The notes under the pieces: model-generated | What the model saw: the letters and a program-made list of their open reading frames with translations, nothing else | The model's database searches: none | What the model was told of the DNA's origin: nothing | DNA from: Candidatus Woesearchaeota archaeon | GTDB lineage: Archaea > Nanobdellota > Nanobdellia > UBA10117 > GCA-020343615 | Assembly (NCBI GenBank): GCA_020343615.1 | Contig: CP070803.1 | Span: forward strand, 143,686 to 207,685 | Reading direction: 5' to 3' | Length of the DNA stretch: 64,000 nucleotides | Made by a program: the position numbers and the translations under genes | Shown here: positions 20,285-30,292 of the stretch, piece by piece | How positions within the stretch are numbered: the first letter of the stretch is position 1 | How the letters are laid out: each line of letters begins with the position of its first letter

Positions 20285-20634
20285 AATGCCTTTTCTAATT
20301 CTTTTACATTTGGGGCATTTGTATTTACTCGCATCGCATATTCTCCGCAAATAATATATCCCTTATCTTTTTCAGTTATATCCTTTGTATCTTTGATATT
20401 TATTCCTATTGCGTACTTTTCGTCTCCAAGTAATACTTTACCGACCATCGTTGCGTTCTCTGAGTTGTATGTGAAGACCCCTTCAAGATATGCTTCAGTT
20501 CCATCACTTAAAGGCAACGTCTTTTGTATTGCTGTAGGTTGTATTGGCTCAAGTGTTCCAACCATCGTCACATCTGTCACGTTAATTCCGTCTTCTAAAT
20601 CCTTTTCAAGATTTTTCTGTTTCATTTTTTTCAC
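20272..20634 (-). CDS. Hypothetical beta-rich protein
   Basis: 120 aa ORF; AAGGTGA SD before the ATG at 20625. Confidence 0.6.
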   Translation of the reverse strand: MKKMKQKNLEKDLEDGINVTDVTMVGTLEPIQPTAIQKTLPLSDGTEAYLEGVFTYNSENATMVGKVLLGDEKYAIGINIKDTKDITEKDKGYIICGEYAMRVNTNAPNVKELEKALGAP

Positions 20635-20663
20635 CTTTTTAAGTTATCTGACATTTGTCAGAA

Positions 20664-20858
20664 ATGCGTAAGAGGGGAGTCGAACCCAAAAGAAATCCAA
20701 TAGAGTCTTACGTCATTGGATTAAAACTCAAGCGCAGAATTACAACATCTTAATTAAAGATGTTTTGTAAAGAAAGTCTTTCTCCGATAAGGAGGTGTAA
20801 GGAGAGTATAGTCTACTTTGATTAATTCTAAAACTTCTAAAGTAATCTCTTTTTGCAT
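20664..20858 (-). ncRNA. Candidate structured RNA with several hairpins and a tRNA-like T-arm 3' end
   Basis: Closing ATGC..AAGAG/CTCTT..GCAT, internal inverted repeats, GGG-TTCGACT-CCC; TATA upstream. Confidence 0.45.
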
Positions 20859-20899
20859 AAGTTCTTATTGTGTAATATGATTATTTATAAAATTTATTG

Positions 20900-21160
20900 T
20901 CACTTTAACTGTATTACTTGAAAACCGTATTTATATATATCTTCTTTTTTCCAGAATTCACAATCTTTAGTTTTTAGAACAAAGGATACTTCTTTCTTTA
21001 ATTCTCTGCCAGTATATTCTTTTGTTTTAGGGTCCCATTCTTTGAGTAGTAGAATATCGCCCTCCTTACAATCAAAATCTGCTAACCTAACATCAAAATT
21101 CTTTTTACCTTCTTTTACAAGTTCAAATAATTCAGGCCAAGCTTTCTTTTTTATTATCAT
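20900..21160 (-). CDS. ASCH/DUF3850 domain protein
   Basis: KKAWPELFELVKEGKKNFDVR..GDILLLKEWDP..YTGR. Confidence 0.88.
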   Translation of the reverse strand: MIIKKKAWPELFELVKEGKKNFDVRLADFDCKEGDILLLKEWDPKTKEYTGRELKKEVSFVLKTKDCEFWKKEDIYKYGFQVIQLK

Positions 21161-21710
21161 CTAATTTGTACTCCCAACCGGGTTCCCACTCTTTAGGTTG
21201 TTTTAAGCGCCAGTCTTCTCTGATTGCTTGTTCCCAGGTTTTCCCTTTAAGTATCACATCTAGTGCTAATTGTGGAGTTCTATGAGCTACTATTGCAGTA
21301 TTTTTTTTAGGATATTTTTCCAATAAGTCGCTTAGAAAGCTACGTACTCTTTTTTCTACATCCTTATAGCTTTCTCCATTAGGGAAAGGTTCTTCGATTT
21401 TATTAAAATCTATAGAATAAATTTCTTTTGAACTGCGTCTTTCTAGATCTCCGTAATTACACTCTCTTAATCTTTTATCTTGAATAATCGGAATTCCTCT
21501 TTTTTTGAAGGTTAATTCAGCTGAGTCTATTGCTCTCTTTAGATCTGAACAGAAAACAACATCAAATTGTTTATATTTAATTAATCCTTCTAATTTAATC
21601 GATTGTTTTTTCCCTAAATTTGATAATTCGGCAGGAGACCATCCTGTAGCTAGATTCTTTTTATTATCTTTAGTGGTTCCGTGCACAAAGTAAGTGATAT
21701 TAACTACCAT
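21132..21710 (-). CDS. Histidine phosphatase (phosphoglycerate mutase family)
   Basis: YFVHG, SDLKRA, LRECNYG, GES, IVAH; start reset downstream of tRNA-Glu. Confidence 0.9.
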   Translation of the reverse strand: MVVNITYFVHGTTKDNKKNLATGWSPAELSNLGKKQSIKLEGLIKYKQFDVVFCSDLKRAIDSAELTFKKRGIPIIQDKRLRECNYGDLERRSSKEIYSIDFNKIEEPFPNGESYKDVEKRVRSFLSDLLEKYPKKNTAIVAHRTPQLALDVILKGKTWEQAIREDWRLKQPKEWEPGWEYKLDDNKKESLA

Positions 21711-21721
21711 ATTAACATAAA

Positions 21722-21828
21722 TGCCCCCGACGGGATTCGAACCCGTGTCCATGGCTCGAAAGGCCATAATGACTTGCCCTCCTTTCAATTTCTCGAAAAA
21801 GAGTTTGGCCGGACTACACCACAGGGGC
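21722..21828 (-). tRNA. tRNA-Glu(UUC) with 32-nt D-loop intron (21773-21804)
   Basis: GCCCCTG/CGGGGGC acceptor, ATGGC-CTTTCGA-GCCAT; removing the intron restores GGCCAATCAT D arm. Confidence 0.93.
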
Positions 21829-21880
21829 ATTAAAGTTACTATTATTTATCGGGTTTTTAAATGTTTTGAAAAGCAAAAAG

Positions 21881-22023
21881 TGGGCGAGCGGAGATTTGAA
21901 CTCCGGACTTCCAGCATTTACTGTCTCTGGTTAGCTTAGACCTTCTCTAGCGAGAACAGGTCATATAAGACTTACGCGGAGTTTAAGCTCCTCAGCGCTC
22001 TAACCAGACTAAGCTACCCGCCC
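21881..22023 (-). tRNA. tRNA-Ile(UAU) with three BHB introns (21972-21992, 21933-21963, 21909-21924)
   Basis: Spliced: GGGCGGG TA GCTTAGTCTGGTTAGAGC G CTGGT CTTATAA ACCAG AGGTC CGGAG TTCAAAT CTCCG CTCGCCC A. Confidence 0.92.
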
Positions 22024-23310
22024 ATATATTGCTTTATTTATCTCATCAGCTAAGTTATCCTTTTTAAAGGTTACGACATAATAATCACTGTACTTAAAAC
22101 ATAAATTTTTAGGTTTATTATTAGAAAAAGCAGTAGCTGTACTACTATAATCAAATATAATAGACATTATTTTAACATTAGAGCTTCTCTTTAGAATATA
22201 TGCATAAGTAGCATGTTTATATAATTGATAAAGTAAGGACCCTCTAGAGTTACAATACGATACTAAAACGGCAATATCTGTATTATTTATTCTAAATAGA
22301 TTATCACTTACATAATAAAACCCGAATGGAGATTTGAATACCTCTTTACCTAGGGGAGATAATCCTAACTTAAATAATATAGAATTTACAAATTGTTCGT
22401 AGTCATTTATTAATCCTTTTTCTTTATATGCTTGTGTTTTAGATATCTCGCTCTTTATTTTTAATTCTTTTCTTACGTCTGAAAATAATTTTTCCTTTAA
22501 TTTTTTTACTGTATTTTTATTTAATATGTCTAAAAAGTATTTTCTTCTTTGTTGTAAATTTGTTAATATAAATATATTATTTTCTAATAAAAACGCTGCT
22601 AAATCCTTTAATCTTTTTTTAGATCTTACAGTGACAATAAATGGAAAGTCTTTACCGTATTTTTTATCTAAAAAATTTCTTTTTTCTAAAAAATCTGTAA
22701 ATCCTCTAAAAGCATTAATTGTTGTTTCTTCTACAGCAATAGGTTTATTTTTATAAAAATAAACGAAATCAAAGTTATAATCTTTGGATAAAAAGTAGTT
22801 GGTTTTAAAATTAAGTTCTAGTTCTGTGTTTTGATTCGCTACTTCTCTTTCTTGTTCTGTAAAATATTCTATATTTTTTACTTTTTTGTTTCCGCCTTTC
22901 TTTCCATTACTACTCTGTTTTATTCTTCTTTCTAAAGTCCACATTTTGTTTGTAATTTTTGCTCCTTTGAGGCCTATTTTAGAGAAGAAATTATTTCCAT
23001 ATTTTTTATATAAGGTATCTACCGCTTTATTCCTATTAGAATTTTTAAAATTAGATTTAGAATATCTTCTGTCTTTTATTATTCTCCCTTGCCTTAATAG
23101 TTCCTGCTTTTTATCTTTTGATAATTCTGCTGTTAATTTATCAAAAATGTACATTTTAAGGCTTAGTCTACCATTACGATAAGAGGATCTTAATGTAGAT
23201 TCACCAATATTTAATTCTCTTGATAATTCTTTCCAAGATAAGCTTTTTTTGTTCTTGTAATGTTCAATTAATGATTTTTGAATCTCTTTAGGAAGTTTTA
23301 TTCTTTTCAT
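22009..23310 (-). CDS. Basic HTH plus PD-(D/E)XK-like protein, candidate free-standing homing endonuclease
   Basis: SWKELSRELNIGESTL HTH; YNFDFVY..IAVEET nuclease-like motif; visibly AT-richer than flanks; stop lies inside tRNA-Ile. Confidence 0.55.
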   Translation of the reverse strand: MKRIKLPKEIQKSLIEHYKNKKSLSWKELSRELNIGESTLRSSYRNGRLSLKMYIFDKLTAELSKDKKQELLRQGRIIKDRRYSKSNFKNSNRNKAVDTLYKKYGNNFFSKIGLKGAKITNKMWTLERRIKQSSNGKKGGNKKVKNIEYFTEQEREVANQNTELELNFKTNYFLSKDYNFDFVYFYKNKPIAVEETTINAFRGFTDFLEKRNFLDKKYGKDFPFIVTVRSKKRLKDLAAFLLENNIFILTNLQQRRKYFLDILNKNTVKKLKEKLFSDVRKELKIKSEISKTQAYKEKGLINDYEQFVNSILFKLGLSPLGKEVFKSPFGFYYVSDNLFRINNTDIAVLVSYCNSRGSLLYQLYKHATYAYILKRSSNVKIMSIIFDYSSTATAFSNNKPKNLCFKYSDYYVVTFKKDNLADEINKAIYGRVA

Positions 23311-23392
23311 TAATTATACCGACGCTCTAATAATTTAAAAGGTTTACTTTCAGAATAATTTATAAAGATATACTAATTTTAAGTTGTAAACA

Positions 23393-24481
23393 ATGAATCA
23401 AACAACTGAAGACATAGTTAACCCTATCCTAGCATGTCCTGATTGCAAGGCTCCTTTAATTTCTAAAATTGGGAATATGTATGAATGCGAAGCAGGTAAA
23501 GAAAGAGGGAGGTACAATAGTACTTTTGGCATACCTAATTTACTCCCTTACGGGAAATCTAGGAAATCTATAAATCTTAGTCAAATCGGCTCTGAGAGAA
23601 TAAATTATAAATTATCTAAGAATGAACCATTTGAAATAACAATTAATAAAGAAACAGTTAATAACTTATTAGAAGACATAGTGGGAAAAAATATAAGATG
23701 TGCTGATGGACACATACTTGATCTTCTAAAGAATCTTTATTATAAAAACGGAAAACTGCAGGAGGAAAGCGTATATCTTATGACTGGAGCTTTCTCGGAA
23801 TTATTTGATAAATACTATAATTCCTTACCCGAGGAATCGCGTACTGATTTGTTCCAGATAGTTTCATTAGCGAGATATGAAGCAGAAATGCAACACATGA
23901 AGGATTATGCTGGGAACTTTATCCTCCCTAAGAGTATTATTCATCATATCCCAGATGATTCGGTTGTTTTAGAGGTTGGAATGGGTAATGGTGCTACTTT
24001 AAGAAGGGTGGATAATTTAAAAAAGTGCAAATCAGCCATAGGCTTAGATTTTTGTTATGGCATGGTTGAGGCTGCGGTTAAGAATACTACTCCCAGAAAT
24101 AATTGTTTTTATGCTATGGGTGATGTACACGCAATCCCTTTAATTGATAATTCAGCAGATGCAGTGATAATGTGTAATACTTTGGATAGGCTCCAAAATC
24201 CTAAGCTAGCCTTAGACGAAATCCACAGAGTAGCAAAAGACGGTTCTATTATCATTCTAGCAAACTGTATGCCTCTGCAGTATGATATTAAAGTAAATGG
24301 TATGAAAATAGGTTTTGCCCCTGAAAATAGTAGATTTAATTCGGTGAACGACGCTATTGATTATATCCCTAATGTTGAGATACTAGAAGAGAAAAACGCT
24401 ATTGAGTGGCATCCTGAAACTGTAACACAAGGTGTAGAAAAACTATTTGTGGATGTTTTTGTGGGTAAGCTGAATAAATAA
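23393..24481 (+). CDS. Class I SAM-dependent methyltransferase with N-terminal Trm112-like segment
   Basis: ILACPDCKAPL..FGIPNLL; VLEVGMGNG, GLDF, GDVHAIP, LALDEIHRVAKDG. Confidence 0.85.
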   Translation: MNQTTEDIVNPILACPDCKAPLISKIGNMYECEAGKERGRYNSTFGIPNLLPYGKSRKSINLSQIGSERINYKLSKNEPFEITINKETVNNLLEDIVGKNIRCADGHILDLLKNLYYKNGKLQEESVYLMTGAFSELFDKYYNSLPEESRTDLFQIVSLARYEAEMQHMKDYAGNFILPKSIIHHIPDDSVVLEVGMGNGATLRRVDNLKKCKSAIGLDFCYGMVEAAVKNTTPRNNCFYAMGDVHAIPLIDNSADAVIMCNTLDRLQNPKLALDEIHRVAKDGSIIILANCMPLQYDIKVNGMKIGFAPENSRFNSVNDAIDYIPNVEILEEKNAIEWHPETVTQGVEKLFVDVFVGKLNK

Positions 24482-24482
24482 C

Positions 24483-24884
24483 TTATTCTAAAAATCTAAT
24501 AGATATAAAGTAAATGATGCTTAGACATAAAAAGAAAATCGCGAGTAAAAGCCATGGATTCATTAATCTTAGCCAGTTTATGAAATTAAAAACAACAGCT
24601 ATAAGTAAAGAAGAGGTGAAGGTGAAGAGACCTCTTCTTACTTCTCTTTGGGCTGTAGTTCGAGTGTAATACTGTGTTCCTCTTTTAGTTAATTCTAGGT
24701 TCTTCTTTTTTTCAGCGATTAGTCCTTGTTCTTTAAGGAACGATAGTTTTAATGCTAAATCTCTATCATTAACGTTTAGTTGTTTAGCTAATCTAGCAGT
24801 ATTGAGCTTACTAGCTCTTTTTTGCTTAGCTAATTCTGGGTCATTTCTATAAATCTCACGTAACACTAGCTCCCAGTCTTCCAT
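24483..24884 (-). CDS. Winged-helix protein with two C-terminal TM helices
   Basis: LAKQLNV..LSFLKEQGLI..LELTKRG followed by hydrophobic segments. Confidence 0.65.
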   Translation of the reverse strand: MEDWELVLREIYRNDPELAKQKRASKLNTARLAKQLNVNDRDLALKLSFLKEQGLIAEKKKNLELTKRGTQYYTRTTAQREVRRGLFTFTSSLLIAVVFNFINWLRLMNPWLLLAIFFLCLSIIYFISIRFLE

Positions 24885-24975
24885 AGTGATACTATTTTAT
24901 AGTAATAACTTTATAAATATTTCTATTGTGCTCTTTCCAATAAATATTTAAGTTTTGTTTCTTTTATTTAGTGGT

Positions 24976-25549
24976 ATGGGTAAGGAAAATCAAGTACTAG
25001 AGGACAAATTAAAAACAGTATTAGTTAATATAAAATCAGAACTAGAAAAAAAAGGAGTTTGAAGAAAGGCAGTATAGTAAGTTTGTTTTCGATCAATTAT
25101 CTTCTCAAGAAATTATAAAAGGAGATTATAGTAAAAATGTTGAACGTGTTGGTGGTTATATTGCTTTATTGAGCAACAAGCTAAATATTAAAAGTGCCGA
25201 AGGAATATATTATGATTATCTTACGTTAGGTTCTACACCATTATCTAAAGATGCAAAGAATGATATTCAGATACTTGAAAATCTTAAAAATGAGTGTTTT
25301 GAATACCTAAAAAATGAACTTGGTACTGAAAAGGTTAAAAGAGGTCATTTTATAACATTAATTCGTGATTTTATTAATGATAGAATAGATGAAGGATTTG
25401 AACCTTCCAGAAAAGGGCATATACTTGGTCTTTTCTATACCACTTATGAAAAAGAGTTTAATGTTGTTAAGGATAAACATTTTAACACTTTGAATGAATT
25501 ACATGACATGGAGACTGCTAGAGAACTTATAGATAGAATAGAATTATAG
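24976..25549 (+). pseudogene. Hypothetical gene frameshifted at an A8 run (25046-25053)
   Basis: ATG 24976 frame stops at 25062; removing one A joins it to the 25169-25549 ORF (190 aa). Confidence 0.7.
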
Positions 25550-25553
25550 AAAT

Positions 25554-25766
25554 TTATTCGGTTTTTTCAGTATTTAGAGAGAACTCAAGCAGTATTTTTC
25601 TTCCTTTTTCCGTCACAGGATTACCGCAATATGGACATAAATTAGCATGAACAGGTATGTATTTCTTGCATATAATGCAGTATTTCTTTTTTGGTCCTTC
25701 AGAACCTGTACCGCTCCTAAGATCTTCTAGTGCCTTAAGGGTAGAATCTTTCCAATCTTCTTCCAT
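25554..25766 (-). CDS. Small zinc-ribbon protein
   Basis: CIIC..CPYCG. Confidence 0.7.
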   Translation of the reverse strand: MEEDWKDSTLKALEDLRSGTGSEGPKKKYCIICKKYIPVHANLCPYCGNPVTEKGRKILLEFSLNTEKTE

Positions 25767-25831
25767 CTATAAATACTCTATAGAATTCATTTTTTAAATA
25801 TCTTGTTTACTCCTTTAATAGTAAAAATTAG

Positions 25832-25903
25832 CGCCCAGGGGAGGGGTCGAACCTCCGGCCTCGTGGTTAACAGCCACGCGCTCTACCACTAAGCTACCTG
25901 GGC
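25832..25903 (-). tRNA. tRNA-Asn(GUU)
   Basis: GCCCAGG/CCTGGGC, CGTGG-CTGTTAA-CCACG, G73. Confidence 0.96.
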
Positions 25904-25941
25904 ATAACTAGAAAGTGCAAAATAACCATTTTAAAAGGTTT

Positions 25942-27060
25942 CTAATCTAAGAATAGCTTATTTTCGATCTTATGAGGCAAATACTCTTTAGCAGTAAACT
26001 CTATTTTCTTAGCAACTAATGCATCTGATTCTATTTTGTATCCAAATTCTTTAATTTTCTTTAATTCGTCCTGCCACTCTTTCTTCTTGAACCAGTCATA
26101 CTTAGATACTTCGCTTAGTCTTTTAATATCGTGCTTATCTAATTTGATCCATGAACTCCTAGGTATATCAAATCTTTTTACATCGTCTATCGCAAATCCT
26201 AAGTATTTTGCTTGAGGAGTTCCTGCTTTTTCTGAAAAGAATGCTAAATTAATAGAACCTTGCTTGTAAACTGAGTATATATAGTATCCATAGACATCCA
26301 TATCACAGAAACAATAAATAGGAATCTTTAACTCCTTACCGAATCTTGCAAGTAATCTTCTTTCTGCTCTAGCTGGCTGTCCTTTTCCTGTTAATAGAAT
26401 GCAGTTATTCTTTTTCCAGTACTTTTGCTGATTCAATAGGTTCCATACTGCGAACTTCTCTACTACTAAAACATAATCTGCTGAACAGTCTTTTATTTGC
26501 AATACATCTTTCTCTACACTTGGTGGAACTGCCCCACCAGCAGTACCCATTTTAGTATAATCTATAACATCGTCTGTTTTCATATCTTTTATAGTTATAG
26601 GTCCGGACATGACTCCTTTAGGTACTGCAACTAGATTTAATTGTTCTCTAAGATAATCAATCATTACTTCTATGTCTTCAATTACCGGATCTGATTCTGT
26701 TGACTGATCATCAAATGTATTTTCCTTTAAACCTGGGATTGAGTGCTTTAAAATATAGTAAAGCTGTCTTGTACTTAATGCTGGCTGATTCTGTTCAAGC
26801 AGCTCCTTGATTTGTGCTGCCATCAACATAGTCTGCATGAATTTTTTCGACTGACCCGCATTAAAGAAAGCTCTTTTCTGTTTTTTGTTTCCTAATTTAA
26901 TTAATTGGTCTGAATCATCAAAATAAACATTAGATAAAGTTCTCAATGGGATTGAAACGCTAGGATTATCTCCTTTGTTTAATTCATCTAAAATCGTGTT
27001 TCCTGTTCCTTTTAGACTTTTAATTATACTTTCTCTATTTTCATTGGTAGTTGTTGCCAT
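25942..27060 (-). CDS. top6A: DNA topoisomerase VI subunit A
   Basis: STRQLYY catalytic Tyr, VVEK, GKGQP, DMDVYG TOPRIM. Confidence 0.96.
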   Translation of the reverse strand: MATTTNENRESIIKSLKGTGNTILDELNKGDNPSVSIPLRTLSNVYFDDSDQLIKLGNKKQKRAFFNAGQSKKFMQTMLMAAQIKELLEQNQPALSTRQLYYILKHSIPGLKENTFDDQSTESDPVIEDIEVMIDYLREQLNLVAVPKGVMSGPITIKDMKTDDVIDYTKMGTAGGAVPPSVEKDVLQIKDCSADYVLVVEKFAVWNLLNQQKYWKKNNCILLTGKGQPARAERRLLARFGKELKIPIYCFCDMDVYGYYIYSVYKQGSINLAFFSEKAGTPQAKYLGFAIDDVKRFDIPRSSWIKLDKHDIKRLSEVSKYDWFKKKEWQDELKKIKEFGYKIESDALVAKKIEFTAKEYLPHKIENKLFLD

Positions 27061-28702
27061 TTTGTTCTACCTCCTCGCTTTCTTCCTCTTCTTCTAATTC
27101 TTCTTTAGGTTTAACTTTTGATTTTTCTTCCATTTCATCTAGTTCTTCCTCAAACTTTGAGAATTTTGTGTCTGCAATTTCTGTTATTTTTTTGTGAATT
27201 TCTTCCATTGGTTTTCCAGTGAGTTTTGATAAAGCTATTGCTAATTCTTGAGCATAACCTTTGAATTTCTCTTTTTTAGCAGCCTCAAATGCTGCTTTTT
27301 TCTTCTTGGAAACATATCTTTGTAGGAATCTTCCACATTCCTGAACTGCTAATTTTATTTCTTTGATTATTGCAGGATAGCTTGCTATAGCTTCTTTACC
27401 TTCTGATGTATATGGGACCCATACCGAAGCCATATGTACTAAAATAACTGCTGGTCCATTTGGTAATGAACCTGAGCTTTGTTGTAATCCGTATGACTTC
27501 CAGTTAACATCACTTACTGCTTTTGATATAGCACATGCTCCTTGCTGATAAAGTAATGGGACTTTATTTGCGAATCTCATCAAGCCTACTCTTCCTTCTG
27601 GATTTAATGATCCTCCATAACCAATAGCACATTCTATTTGGAACGGCATTCCTCTATATACTGTCGTTGGTCTTGTAATAGCATGTACAAAATCAATATC
27701 ATATTCTGCCTCAACACTATTTTTCAATATCTCAGCTCCAATTGGAGATAGACAATCCATGCTCGGATTCATTATTTTTGTATCTTGAACTGCATTAAGC
27801 AATTGCTCCATTTGTTCTCCAGTTAATAGTCTTGGTAAAATCTTGGGATCTAATTCTGATTTTTTTACAATTTCATTTGCTGTTCCCGAGCCTACTTTAT
27901 CAAATTCTTTTGTTAAGAATGATTTTAGGGATCTCGCTGTTGTGGCTTTTAACATTCTTTTTAGAATTCCTAGTTCAACTCCATGTGGATGTGGTCTTAT
28001 CTTCTTTGCTTTTTTTGGTAGCTTTTCACTTACTCTTGGAAATTCTAATTTCTTGTTATCAGGACCAACATACGTTATTTTTGCATGTGGATTTATTACA
28101 GCTGTTTCTTTAATATATTCAGGAACTGATTGTTTTGATTCTTGATATTTTGCTTCTATTTCAAATTCAATTTTTGTTCCATGGTCTTTCATCCACTCAG
28201 AGGTCTCAGCATTTACAATTTCTGGTTCATTTGTTTTTGTGTCTATGTGTATTTTGAATTTGTGAGCTTCATCTTTTGGTGAAGTTTTGGAAATAACAAT
28301 TGTTGGTTTACCAGTTGTTAGTTGTGCGTATAATACAACTGAACTGATTCCTATACCTTGCTGTCCTCTTGATTGCTTTCCACCAATACTCTCGAACTTA
28401 GAACCATACAAGAACTTACCAAATATTGGAGCAATTTGTTTTTTGACTATCCCGGGGCCATTATCCTCTATTATTAATTTAAATCTATTCTTTTTTACTT
28501 CCTTTAATTCTACATTTATATCTGGTAGAACATTTGCCTCTTCACAGGCGTCTAGACTATTATCTACTGCCTCTTTTACTGAGGTTAACAAAGACTGAGC
28601 TTTATTTGCAAAACCTAGTAAGTGTCTATTCTTTTCAAAAAACTCAGCTACTGAAATAGCTCTTTGTCCTTTAGCCAACTCCTTAGCAATACTTGATGTC
28701 AT
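27041..28702 (-). CDS. top6B: DNA topoisomerase VI subunit B
   Basis: [29 protein letters not shown] motifs, [10 protein letters not shown]. Confidence 0.97.
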   Translation of the reverse strand: MTSSIAKELAKGQRAISVAEFFEKNRHLLGFANKAQSLLTSVKEAVDNSLDACEEANVLPDINVELKEVKKNRFKLIIEDNGPGIVKKQIAPIFGKFLYGSKFESIGGKQSRGQQGIGISSVVLYAQLTTGKPTIVISKTSPKDEAHKFKIHIDTKTNEPEIVNAETSEWMKDHGTKIEFEIEAKYQESKQSVPEYIKETAVINPHAKITYVGPDNKKLEFPRVSEKLPKKAKKIRPHPHGVELGILKRMLKATTARSLKSFLTKEFDKVGSGTANEIVKKSELDPKILPRLLTGEQMEQLLNAVQDTKIMNPSMDCLSPIGAEILKNSVEAEYDIDFVHAITRPTTVYRGMPFQIECAIGYGGSLNPEGRVGLMRFANKVPLLYQQGACAISKAVSDVNWKSYGLQQSSGSLPNGPAVILVHMASVWVPYTSEGKEAIASYPAIIKEIKLAVQECGRFLQRYVSKKKKAAFEAAKKEKFKGYAQELAIALSKLTGKPMEEIHKKITEIADTKFSKFEEELDEMEEKSKVKPKEELEEEEESEEVEQNGNNYQ

Positions 28703-29205
28703 TTTAATTGATCATTAAGGAAGAGATAAGCTGTAGAATGTCTGGCTCCGGATAATAACATTTCAATTGTTTTCCTTGCGAGCTCAGCATCTTCATATTC
28801 GCCTATTATTCCTATGGTTTTTCCATATATTGAAATTTTTGTATTTGTTAAATCTTGTATCTTCTTTTTACACATCCCGTGTCTTCCAATTACTCTGCTC
28901 TTAAGACGTGTTTGTTGTTTCTTGTTTTTTCCACCAAAATCTCGGAGGTGTAATTGAATATATTGCATTTCTGGATTAAAAAGTTTTTCAGCATCTTTGA
29001 CACTAAAACCTCTCGCAACGGCACCAATTACTTCTTTACCTGTCCAACAAGATGTAGCATTGTCAGATTTTATCTTGACTAAATTTTCTTCCTCATCAAT
29101 TTCTAATTTTATATTTCCTATATTTTCAATTTCTTTTTTTAGTGCAAATATTTTCTTTAATTTTCTTTCTGGAACTAAGATTTCCTCTTCGAATTTTTTT
29201 TCCAT
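28699..29205 (-). CDS. KH-domain rRNA processing protein (Dim2/Pno1 family)
   Basis: [29 protein letters not shown]. Confidence 0.88.
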   Translation of the reverse strand: MEKKFEEEILVPERKLKKIFALKKEIENIGNIKLEIDEEENLVKIKSDNATSCWTGKEVIGAVARGFSVKDAEKLFNPEMQYIQLHLRDFGGKNKKQQTRLKSRVIGRHGMCKKKIQDLTNTKISIYGKTIGIIGEYEDAELARKTIEMLLSGARHSTAYLFLNDQLK

Positions 29206-29208
29206 TTT

Positions 29209-29547
29209 CTAGAATTCTTCTTCAAATAAACCTTCCAGATAGCCTCTATTTTTTAACCAATTTACTTGATTATCTCTGTACTGATAGATTATATCTCCTT
29301 TTTCATCTCCTTGTATTTTCCAAGGTTGTACTAAAACAAAGATTCCTGGTCTTATTTTTAAGTATCTTCTTTTAGCTCCAGGGACTCTACACATTCTTAT
29401 TTTTCCATCAGCGCATTTAATAGTGCTTTTAGCATAACCGTGTCTAGTTATTACCTTACCTATAACTTGGTTGCCTTTAGGAGTCTGTACTCTAAATACT
29501 TCTTGATTATTCTTACCCTTTGACCATGATTTTTTGTTATTATACAT
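29209..29547 (-). CDS. eif1a: Translation initiation factor aIF-1A
   Basis: CADGKIRMCRVPG, VLVQPW, KGDIIYQY..QVNWL. Confidence 0.93.
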   Translation of the reverse strand: MYNNKKSWSKGKNNQEVFRVQTPKGNQVIGKVITRHGYAKSTIKCADGKIRMCRVPGAKRRYLKIRPGIFVLVQPWKIQGDEKGDIIYQYRDNQVNWLKNRGYLEGLFEEEF

Positions 29548-29591
29548 ATTAAATAGGAATAATTTACCCTTTATAAAGCTTTAAGTCCGAC

Positions 29592-30254
29592 CTAATCCGA
29601 TTTGAGTAAAATAACTGGTAATTTATGAGAAGTGTTCTTTAATCTATCCCACCCCCTCTGTTCAAAGCTACTCTTACTTTTTAAGTTATAATTGCTCTTT
29701 ACTTTCTTTGCAAAAGACTTTCCTTTGTCTTTGTCTGAGAAATAAATATCAACACCATTTGTGACTGGTTTAATTCTTATAACATATTTTTTGGGTAAAA
29801 GTTTCAGAATTTTTTTTATTAACTTATCATCTGTTCTTAGTTGAATTTTTGAATTCCATTGTTTGCTTTTCTTAATATTGCATGTGCTACACATCTTTTC
29901 TCTCACTATTATAGAAATTCTTCTAGATTCTGTAAAAACTTCATCGTTTATTGCTAACCACAATCTTACTTTCCCTTCTTCACCAGTTTCTACTACTTTG
30001 ATATTGTCTAAGATAACTTCCTTAGGTAATTTTATTCTCTTCGTTAATTCTTCTGTTAAATAAAGCTTCCAAGAATCTGTTTTAATCCATTTACCTTTAG
30101 ACAAAATCGAATTGCATTTTTTACAGATGGTCAATACTATCTCTTTTGGAACTCTAATTTGATTGTCTTGATAGTAACATTTAGCGCATAATCCGTTGTT
30201 AAGTTCTTTGGCTTCATGACCGCATTTTGGACAGAATTTATTTTTTAAACTCAT
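29592..30254 (-). CDS. nmd3: NMD3-family ribosome biogenesis protein (short form)
   Basis: FCPKCG..GLCAKC, ICKKC, CSTC, KIQLR, GVDIY. Confidence 0.85.
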   Translation of the reverse strand: MSLKNKFCPKCGHEAKELNNGLCAKCYYQDNQIRVPKEIVLTICKKCNSILSKGKWIKTDSWKLYLTEELTKRIKLPKEVILDNIKVVETGEEGKVRLWLAINDEVFTESRRISIIVREKMCSTCNIKKSKQWNSKIQLRTDDKLIKKILKLLPKKYVIRIKPVTNGVDIYFSDKDKGKSFAKKVKSNYNLKSKSSFEQRGWDRLKNTSHKLPVILLKSD

Positions 30255-30292
30255 TCGTAAATATTTTAAATTTAACATACAATATAAAAATT

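Noticed and set aside
20664-20858. RNase P RNA, SRP RNA or an intact tRNA
   Set aside because: No P4 consensus pair, no SRP helix 8 motif, and no D or anticodon arm could be built.
21711-21939. ORF 21721-21939 and the N-terminal extension of ORF 21132-21830
   Set aside because: They run through tRNA-Glu and tRNA-Ile; the phosphatase starts at 21710.
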